Shown: in pieces, positions 1 to 6,653 of the stretch
How positions within the stretch are numbered: the stretch's first letter is position 1
How the letters are laid out: the number at the start of each line of letters is the position of its first letter
Source: an uncultured bacterium
GTDB taxonomy: Bacteria > JAGOEH01
Assembly (NCBI GenBank): GCA_964632485.1
Contig: CAZWDO010000022.1
Location: 45,759 to 65,758 of the forward strand
Direction: 5' to 3'
Length of the DNA stretch: 20,000 nt
Notes under the pieces: model-generated
The model's input: the letters and a program-made list of their open reading frames with translations, nothing else
What the model was told of the DNA's origin: nothing
Databases searched by the model: none
Made by a program: the position numbers and the translations under genes

Positions 1-11
1 GTAGTTTACTC

Positions 12-1889
12 ATGAAAAAAATTTTACTGGTTGACGATGAGGCGTTGATTGCCATGAGCGAAGCAATTGCCTTGCGAAAGCATGGATATACTGTTGAAAT
101 TGCCTCTTCCGGGGAACAGGTTCTTCGTATGGTCCGAACGGATGAAAATATTGCGATTATCCTGATGGATATCGATTTAGGCAGTGGACCCGACGGAACT
201 GAGATTGCGGAATCGATTTTAGCTGAAAAGGATTTGCCAATTATATTTTTATCCTCTCATAGTGAGAGTGAAATTGTTCAAAAAACTGAATCAATTTCCT
301 CATACGGCTATGTCATCAAGAATTCGGGCATTCATATATTGATTGCTTCAATCAAAATGGCCTGGCGATTGTTTGAAGCGAACCTTAAAATTAAACGACA
401 AAATCATGAAATCGATACGTTCAATGAAGAATTACAGATAACCGTCGAAGAGTTAGAAGTCAGCAATGAAGAATTACGCGAAGCCAATGTTCAGCGTCAC
501 CTCAGCGAAGAGCGGTGGTTGGATCTTTTTTTGCAGAGCCAGAATGCGATTGCCGTTTACCAGGCAGTGGAACACGGAAATGATTTTGTTTTTATCGATT
601 TTAATCCTGCGGCAGAAAAAATTGAAAATGTTAAACGCAACGCAATTATTGGGCATAAAGTGACGGAAATTTTTCCTTCAGTGATTGATTTCGGATTGAT
701 GGATGTGCTCAGGGACGTATGGATAACGGGACAAAGTAAACATCATGACATCACATTTTATAAAGATGACCGTATTGAGGGATGGCGGGAAAATCAGGTT
801 TTTAAGCTCAAAACCGGTGAAATCGTTGCCTTATATTGGGATATAACCGATCAAAAAAAAGCTGAGCAAGCGCTTAAGGAAAACGAGGAGAAATTCCGGA
901 GTCTGGTTGAGAATAGCAGGGATTCCATCATGCTCTATGACTGCGGATATCGCTATCTTTATATGAATCCGTCGGCTGAATTCCGGATATCAGGGTTCCG
1001 CAATGAAGACATGATTGGTAAAAGCGATCGTGAATTAGGGTTTGATCCTCAGCTTTGCGAGCTTTGGGAGAAGGTGATTCAAGAGGTGTTTAAGACGGGT
1101 AACGCCAAGTCTGAGATTTTTAGCTGGGAATCCGTGAAAGGCAATGTTTATAACGAATTATGTCTGTCGCCGGTTTACGATGTGGCTGGAGGAATTCGTA
1201 GCGTTTTGGGTGTATCGCGGGATATCACGCCGATGATTTTGGCCCAACAACAACTCCGCGAAGCTATGGATGAGAAAATCGCTTTGTATGCTGAATTGGA
1301 ACACCGGGTAAAAAATAGTTTGGCGATGATTCAATCACTATTAGTATTGGAAGAAAACCAGCACGGTGATGATTCGATTAAAAATGTGATCAAGAAGATC
1401 CGTACCCGGCTTCAAACGATTATCGAGCTATATACGTTGCTTCGCGGGAAAGAATTGGATATGAAAATCCCCCTGAAGGATTATCTCGAATCGATTTGCC
1501 ATGCGGTGGAACTTTCTTATAAAAAACCGGATCAGATCATTGAATTGCATACAACAATTGAACCAATTACTGTGGAAGCCAAGATGGCTACTAATATCGG
1601 ATTAATCGTGAATGAACTATTGACAAACGCGTTTAAACATGCATTTAATACTGTTGACAGCAGGGGAGTAATACAAGTTGGGGCTAGATTAAATGACGCG
1701 ATGCTGGAATTGACCATAGAGGATAATGGAGTTGGCTTTCCTGAGCATTATGAATATTTTAGCTCAAAGGGGCTGGGAGCCAAGCTTACCAATCACTTAG
1801 TTGAACAAATGAACGGTGTATTTTCCTTTGCAAATTTGAGCAAGGGAGTGCGCATTAATATTAAATTCCCTTGGTCGAATGATCTCTGA
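12..1889 (+). CDS. Hybrid sensor kinase: REC - coiled coil - PAS - PAS - HisKA_2 - HATPase_c (PdtaS/HWE-HisKA_2-like)
   Basis: 625 aa ORF. N-terminal receiver (ILLVDDE...LMDIDL...FLSS...YVIK). Two PAS-like segments (FIDFNPAAEKI...DITDQK; YMNPSAE...RDITP). HisKA_2 H-box ELEHRVKNSL, N-box NELLTNAFKHAF, G1 IEDNGVGF, G2 GLG. Confidence 0.9.
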   Translation: MKKILLVDDEALIAMSEAIALRKHGYTVEIASSGEQVLRMVRTDENIAIILMDIDLGSGPDGTEIAESILAEKDLPIIFLSSHSESEIVQKTESISSYGYVIKNSGIHILIASIKMAWRLFEANLKIKRQNHEIDTFNEELQITVEELEVSNEELREANVQRHLSEERWLDLFLQSQNAIAVYQAVEHGNDFVFIDFNPAAEKIENVKRNAIIGHKVTEIFPSVIDFGLMDVLRDVWITGQSKHHDITFYKDDRIEGWRENQVFKLKTGEIVALYWDITDQKKAEQALKENEEKFRSLVENSRDSIMLYDCGYRYLYMNPSAEFRISGFRNEDMIGKSDRELGFDPQLCELWEKVIQEVFKTGNAKSEIFSWESVKGNVYNELCLSPVYDVAGGIRSVLGVSRDITPMILAQQQLREAMDEKIALYAELEHRVKNSLAMIQSLLVLEENQHGDDSIKNVIKKIRTRLQTIIELYTLLRGKELDMKIPLKDYLESICHAVELSYKKPDQIIELHTTIEPITVEAKMATNIGLIVNELLTNAFKHAFNTVDSRGVIQVGARLNDAMLELTIEDNGVGFPEHYEYFSSKGLGAKLTNHLVEQMNGVFSFANLSKGVRINIKFPWSNDL

Positions 1890-1891
1890 GG

Positions 1892-3178
1892 ATGATTCCT
1901 GTGGCTATATTAAATCTAAAAGATGTCAATTTTTATCTGCAAACTCTGGATGAGTTAGAACAACTGATCTGTCGCTACCAGGCGGATACAACCATTATAT
2001 TTGCCAATCAAGCTTTTTGCCATTATTTCAAACGATATCGGGACGACTTGATCGGCCAGCCTTTAACGTTACTGTTTGCGGAATCCGAGCAACGTATTTT
2101 TAAAGCTTACTTATCCACCTTTAGTCGGCAATGTCCCATTCAATATATACAGCATTCAGGATTTCATATTGACGGCATCTCCTCATATCATGAATGGGTT
2201 GATAAGGCTTTCTTTGATACAGCGGGTGAGGTTGTGGAATTTCTATCCGTGGGTACGGATAAGAAGTCATTTAAACACTATGAACATACATTCAGACTTT
2301 CTGAGAAAAACAATCAGAATCTGGGACAAAGTGTTCAAAAGGAGATTGCCAGACACAAGATTCATAAGGAAAGCCTGGATCAGTCAAAAACCCTGATTAC
2401 TCTGGGTACTCTTGTTTCCGGTGTGGCGCATGAGATCAACAATCCGAATAATTTCATACTTCTTAATGGCAAAATACTACAGAATGTTTTATCCGATATT
2501 TTCCCCATATTGGAAACTTATTATGCCGATCAGGGAGAATTTTCGGTGGCCGGATTACCCTGGTCGGAGGCTAAGCATGAATTGAAAGAAGTGGCCCTGG
2601 CAGTGGTCAATGGTTCATATCGGATCGCTAAAATTGTCCAATCGCTTAAGCAATATGTTTCCAGCGCCAGCCCGGATTTATTGCAAACCGTTGATTTGAA
2701 TCAGATCATTCAGTCAGCCCTGAATATTCTTCAATCTAAAATCGAAGCCTGGAAGGTGAAAATTGAGATGGAAATGGACCCGGCGTTACCCACCATTCAA
2801 GGAAATTTCCAACAACTGGAGCAGGTTTTCATTAATTTGATTGAAAATAGTTGCCAGGCAATGGAGAAGAGCGGAGGCTCAATTATAATTATCAGTGATT
2901 ACTTAGTGGAAGCGAACACGGCGCGAATTATGATCAGGGATACGGGAATCGGCATAAAGGAAGAATTAATTAACTATATTACTGATCCCTTTTTTACCAC
3001 AAAACGCGCAAGCGGGGGTACCGGGCTGGGGCTTTCCCTATCATTAAAAATTATTAATCAACACAGTGGAAAACTTACTTTCCAATCTATACCAGGAATA
3101 GGCACCACCGCTTATATTCATTTTCCGGTGTTAGTTGATCCATGGGAGAACAATGGAACAGACATTCAATCCTCCTGA
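1892..3178 (+). CDS. PAS-domain sensor histidine kinase (NtrB/HisKA type), cytoplasmic
   Basis: 428 aa. N-terminal PAS (IIFANQAFCHYF...FLSVGTD), H-box GVAHEINNP, N-box QVFINLIENS, G1 DTGIGI, F-box DPFFTTK, G2 GTGLGL. No TM segment seen. Starts 2 nt after the upstream stop. Confidence 0.92.
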   Translation: MIPVAILNLKDVNFYLQTLDELEQLICRYQADTTIIFANQAFCHYFKRYRDDLIGQPLTLLFAESEQRIFKAYLSTFSRQCPIQYIQHSGFHIDGISSYHEWVDKAFFDTAGEVVEFLSVGTDKKSFKHYEHTFRLSEKNNQNLGQSVQKEIARHKIHKESLDQSKTLITLGTLVSGVAHEINNPNNFILLNGKILQNVLSDIFPILETYYADQGEFSVAGLPWSEAKHELKEVALAVVNGSYRIAKIVQSLKQYVSSASPDLLQTVDLNQIIQSALNILQSKIEAWKVKIEMEMDPALPTIQGNFQQLEQVFINLIENSCQAMEKSGGSIIIISDYLVEANTARIMIRDTGIGIKEELINYITDPFFTTKRASGGTGLGLSLSLKIINQHSGKLTFQSIPGIGTTAYIHFPVLVDPWENNGTDIQSS

Positions 3179-4589
3179 TCCGATCGTTTTAATTGATGAT
3201 GAGCCTTTGTTTTTAAACAGTGTGGCATTGATACTCCGCTCAGCGGGTTACAATCACATCATTAAATGCATCAATGATGTTGAACTGTTTGCCGCGCTCA
3301 AAGAGTATTCGCCTTCCTGTGTTCTCCTTGATTTGATAATGCCGAACAAGTCAGGCCTGGAACTGCTGCCTGAAATTCTCACCTGCTATCCTCATGTTCC
3401 CGTAATCATGGCCACGGCGATCCATGAGACTGATAAAATTGTGGAATTTATCAAATTGGGGGCGTTTAACTATTTGGTTAAGCCGATAGATGATATTATG
3501 CTGTTAAAATCTATTCGATTGGCGCTTGAATTTTACGATTTGAAAAACGAAAATGTGCTTCTTAAAAAGCACTTGCTGGCTGAAAACCTGGTGAATCCCG
3601 CGATTTTTTCTGCGATTATTACTCAGGATCGCATGATGAAATCCCTGTTTAAATATATCGAAACCATTGCTCGTAACTCATTTCCTGTTTTGATCACCGG
3701 AGAAACCGGAGTCGGTAAGGAATTGATTGCCCAGAGTATTCATCAGGCCAGCCAAAGATCTGGTAAATTTGTTCCTATCAACACCGCCGGCATTGACGAT
3801 ACGCTTTTTTCCGATCTTCTTTTCGGCCATCATAAGGGTTCGTTCACCAGCGCTGATAAACCTCGCAAGGGCATTTTGGAAGAAGCGGCTCACGGTACTC
3901 TTTTCCTGGATGAGATCGGCGACCTCAGTTATATCTCGCAAAGCAAACTATTACGTTTATTACAGGATGGCACCTATTACCCGCTTGGGTCGGATACTCA
4001 AAAATACAGCGCGACCCGTATTATTGCCGCGACGCATGTCAACCTGATGGAGGCGATGAACCAGGGAAAATTCCGCCAGGATTTGTTCTTTCGTTTACAG
4101 GTCCATCATATTGATATTCCGCCCTTGCGCGCCCGGCGTGATGATATTCCCCTCTTAATCGATTTTTTTACCATAAAGGCCGCTCAGGAGTTGAAACTAA
4201 AGAAACTGCGCTATTCGGATCAATTGGTTTCTCTTTTAATGAATTATTCGTTTCCGGGAAATATACGGGAACTGCAATCTTTTATTTTTGATGCCGCCAG
4301 TCAGCAGCAAAATGGAGTTTTATCCCTTGCCGCCATTAAAGTCCGAATAAAGCAAACTCAATACGACTACTCCGCCGGGGAAGTCCAGGAAAATTTTTTT
4401 CCAACGCACTCTGCCGACAACCCGGCGGTGATTTTCAGAGAGAAGCTGCCTTCCCTGAAAGAACTGGAGAATCAGTTGATTGAAGAGGCTTTGGCGCGTT
4501 GCAATGGCAACCAGACACTCGCCGCCAAACTCATCGGAATGAAACGAACCGCGCTTAATAATCGTCTTAATCGGCGTCTTTTACGCTGA
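3153..4589 (+). CDS. Sigma54-dependent response regulator (NtrC family: REC - AAA+ - Fis HTH)
   Basis: REC (LIDDE, LLDLIMP, YLVKP), Walker A GETGVGKE, loop-1 variant GSFTSA, Walker B LFLDEIG, FRQDLFFRL, FPGNIREL, HTH GNQTLAAKLIGM. Start moved from TTG 3135 to ATG 3153, which follows GGGAG at 3144-3148. Confidence 0.93.
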   Translation: MEQTFNPPDPIVLIDDEPLFLNSVALILRSAGYNHIIKCINDVELFAALKEYSPSCVLLDLIMPNKSGLELLPEILTCYPHVPVIMATAIHETDKIVEFIKLGAFNYLVKPIDDIMLLKSIRLALEFYDLKNENVLLKKHLLAENLVNPAIFSAIITQDRMMKSLFKYIETIARNSFPVLITGETGVGKELIAQSIHQASQRSGKFVPINTAGIDDTLFSDLLFGHHKGSFTSADKPRKGILEEAAHGTLFLDEIGDLSYISQSKLLRLLQDGTYYPLGSDTQKYSATRIIAATHVNLMEAMNQGKFRQDLFFRLQVHHIDIPPLRARRDDIPLLIDFFTIKAAQELKLKKLRYSDQLVSLLMNYSFPGNIRELQSFIFDAASQQQNGVLSLAAIKVRIKQTQYDYSAGEVQENFFPTHSADNPAVIFREKLPSLKELENQLIEEALARCNGNQTLAAKLIGMKRTALNNRLNRRLLR

Positions 4590-4605
4590 GTTTATGGGAT
4601 ATACT

Positions 4606-4644
4606 GCGAAAGAGCGCGAAATTAAGCGTTTCGTTCTCTTCCGC
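4606..4644. terminator. Imperfect stem-loop between convergent genes, candidate (bidirectional) terminator
   Basis: GCG-AA-AGAG-C-GCGAAA / TTAAGCG loop / TTTCGT-T-CTCT-TC-CGC, 16 nt after the ntrC-like stop, followed by pyrimidine- and T-rich sequence. The T run is not directly adjacent to the stem. Confidence 0.4.
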
Positions 4645-4725
4645 CCTTTCCTTCATCTTTTTTTTGAAGTAGTTGAAGATATCAGAGCAATCGCCTTCAG
4701 GCCGGGAAGTAGAGAAGTAGCAGGG

Positions 4726-5991
4726 TTAGAAAAAAGTAACATCATCCGCCTCTTCAACCGAAGCTGTCGGGAATGAAGTGGAATCAGCTTCCAAATCCCC
4801 GGAAGGCGTTGTAGTTTTCAGAGTTAATGCGGCGATTTCCCGTTCCTGCTTCATGGTTGCCAGGTTGTCGTAATGACTGAGAATTTTAGTTTTCAATTCT
4901 TCATTGATTTCTTTTTCATCGAGAAACTTATTGATTTTGAGTTCGCAAAGCGCATTATTGACATCGCGCAAGGTCTGGGCAATATGAGTGGAAATTTGTC
5001 GGGTAATATCCTCGAATTGTAAATTAATAACAATGTTTTGGATTTCTGCGCGGGAAGTCGATGTATTTCCAAGAGTTCCGTCCATGACCGAGGATAACTG
5101 GATCAACGAATCAATGATAGAAAGAAAAAAATCTTTTAATAAAAAAATGGTTGAATTTATGAAATTTTTTTCGGCATCAGCGGTTTCCTTAATGGATAAA
5201 ACTGCCTGATCGATAAATATAGCGGTATGATCGAGTGTATCCTGTATTTTTTCGGCGGAATGGGTGGAATTGACGGCCAGTCGTTTAACTTCCTGCGCAA
5301 CTACGCCGAAGGCTTTGCCATATCGACCGGCCCTGGCAGATTCAATCGAAGCATTCAGCGATAAAATTTTTGTAGTCATAGCAAAATTAGAAATATCGCT
5401 CGAAAAGATTGAAATATCTTGCACTCGTTCCCGGATTTTATCCAATTTGGTTATATCTTCATTTTTAATATCGATGATGATCAGTAATTCGTTCAGTATT
5501 CCCTGAATTACCGTTTCATATTGTTGGCGAATTAATTGCATATTGTTTTGGGGCGCTGCTTCAGATTCCTGTTTTACAATATTTAAGGATAAACGTTTTT
5601 TAATGCTGCCGACAATGTCAGTCGTCTCGCCGACTGTGCGATCAATCTGGCTCAATAACCGGCCGAATCGTTCGACTGTATCGACTGTAGCTTCCTCAAT
5701 TTTACCGGACGTGTATTTCAGTTGATTATGTGTAACAGCAATCAGCTCCCTAATGCGACGCAATGAAAAAAATGCTTCAATCGTTTTATCTACTACTTCT
5801 TCCAGATGGCTGACCGTTGCGTTTTTTTTCTTTAATTCCTCTTCGAGAAATGCGATCTTCAGATTTTTTTGTTCAATTTCGTAGCGTAAAACGTTCAGTT
5901 CCTGCTGATCGGTTCCCTCACACAGCGGAACCGCATTTTCAGCAGGCAGTGTTTTCTGTTCCACGTTAAAGAAAGATGACTTGTCATACAT
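4726..5991 (-). CDS. Soluble MCP-like chemoreceptor (single signalling tip, QFxD motif, C-terminal pentapeptide)
   Basis: Hairpin tip TKILSLNASIESARAGRYGKAFGVVAQEVKRLA, LQFEDITRQ motif, acidic tail ending DVTFF, no TM. Start reassigned from 6108 (which overlaps the upstream gene) to ATG 5991 with AAAGGA upstream; 421 aa. Confidence 0.8.
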   Translation of the reverse strand: MYDKSSFFNVEQKTLPAENAVPLCEGTDQQELNVLRYEIEQKNLKIAFLEEELKKKNATVSHLEEVVDKTIEAFFSLRRIRELIAVTHNQLKYTSGKIEEATVDTVERFGRLLSQIDRTVGETTDIVGSIKKRLSLNIVKQESEAAPQNNMQLIRQQYETVIQGILNELLIIIDIKNEDITKLDKIRERVQDISIFSSDISNFAMTTKILSLNASIESARAGRYGKAFGVVAQEVKRLAVNSTHSAEKIQDTLDHTAIFIDQAVLSIKETADAEKNFINSTIFLLKDFFLSIIDSLIQLSSVMDGTLGNTSTSRAEIQNIVINLQFEDITRQISTHIAQTLRDVNNALCELKINKFLDEKEINEELKTKILSHYDNLATMKQEREIAALTLKTTTPSGDLEADSTSFPTASVEEADDVTFF

Positions 5992-6043
5992 GGATAATCC
6001 TTTTTTTCGAGCGGTACCATAAACGGCGAAACGATTGAAATTT

Positions 6044-6505
6044 CTATAATTCAGCAGAAATCGGTTGAATGACCGGGGTACTTTGCTGTAACCATTTGGT
6101 GAATTCAACTTTAGTTCCTTTGCCGATTACGGAATGAATATGAAACTCATCCGAGAGGCGTTTAACACCTGGCAACCCTAAACATAGCGCATTCCGGGAG
6201 TTGTCCCGTTCACGCAGAATTTCTTCAACATTGCGGATTCCAGCGCCCCGGTCTTCGAACACCAATAGAAAACCTTTGTCGTCACAGCCTTCCTTCTCAA
6301 TTATATAGGCGCTCATTTGGCCTTGTTTCGCATGAATTACAATATTTCTGGCCAGTTCCGAAGTAGCGGTCACAATCCGCATTTGATCCAATAATGAAAA
6401 TCCGTTTTCCACGGCTAACTGCTGAGATTTTTGCCGCGCCAGGGCAACATCTTCATAGCCGGCGATTAAGACCTCAATCAGTTTTACCGGGTTAATTTTT
6501 TTCAT
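6044..6505 (-). CDS. rsbT: RsbT-like serine/threonine kinase / anti-sigma regulatory factor (GHKL ATPase)
   Basis: 153 aa. RsbT-type motifs: DVALARQ, GFSLLDQMRIVTATSELARNIVIHA, FEDRGAGI, LGLPGVKRLSDEFHIHSVIGKGTKVEFTKW. SD AAAGGA upstream. Confidence 0.85.
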   Translation of the reverse strand: MKKINPVKLIEVLIAGYEDVALARQKSQQLAVENGFSLLDQMRIVTATSELARNIVIHAKQGQMSAYIIEKEGCDDKGFLLVFEDRGAGIRNVEEILRERDNSRNALCLGLPGVKRLSDEFHIHSVIGKGTKVEFTKWLQQSTPVIQPISAEL

Positions 6506-6653
6506 GAACTTCCTTTCGTTATCCCCTGTCGAGAGCGTTTTACGACAGTGGCAACAGGTGTAGATTAACTGTAAGTAGTTATATTCTATTGCCGCTTTTA
6601 CGAGTCAATTTTGCTGCGCTACTCCTTTTTTTAAAATATACATTTTTTGGGCG

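Noticed and set aside
5992-6108. N-terminal extension of the MCP-like ORF overlapping rsbT
   Set aside because: It would overlap rsbT by 65 nt; ATG 5991 has a better SD.
6506-6653. Possible internal promoter between cheA and rsbT (inverted repeat CTGTCG-N11-CGACAG at 6526-6548; TGGCA at 6549)
   Set aside because: The TGGCA is on the wrong strand and lacks GG-N10-GC spacing. The 6-bp inverted repeat alone is too weak to call, although an internal promoter cannot be excluded.
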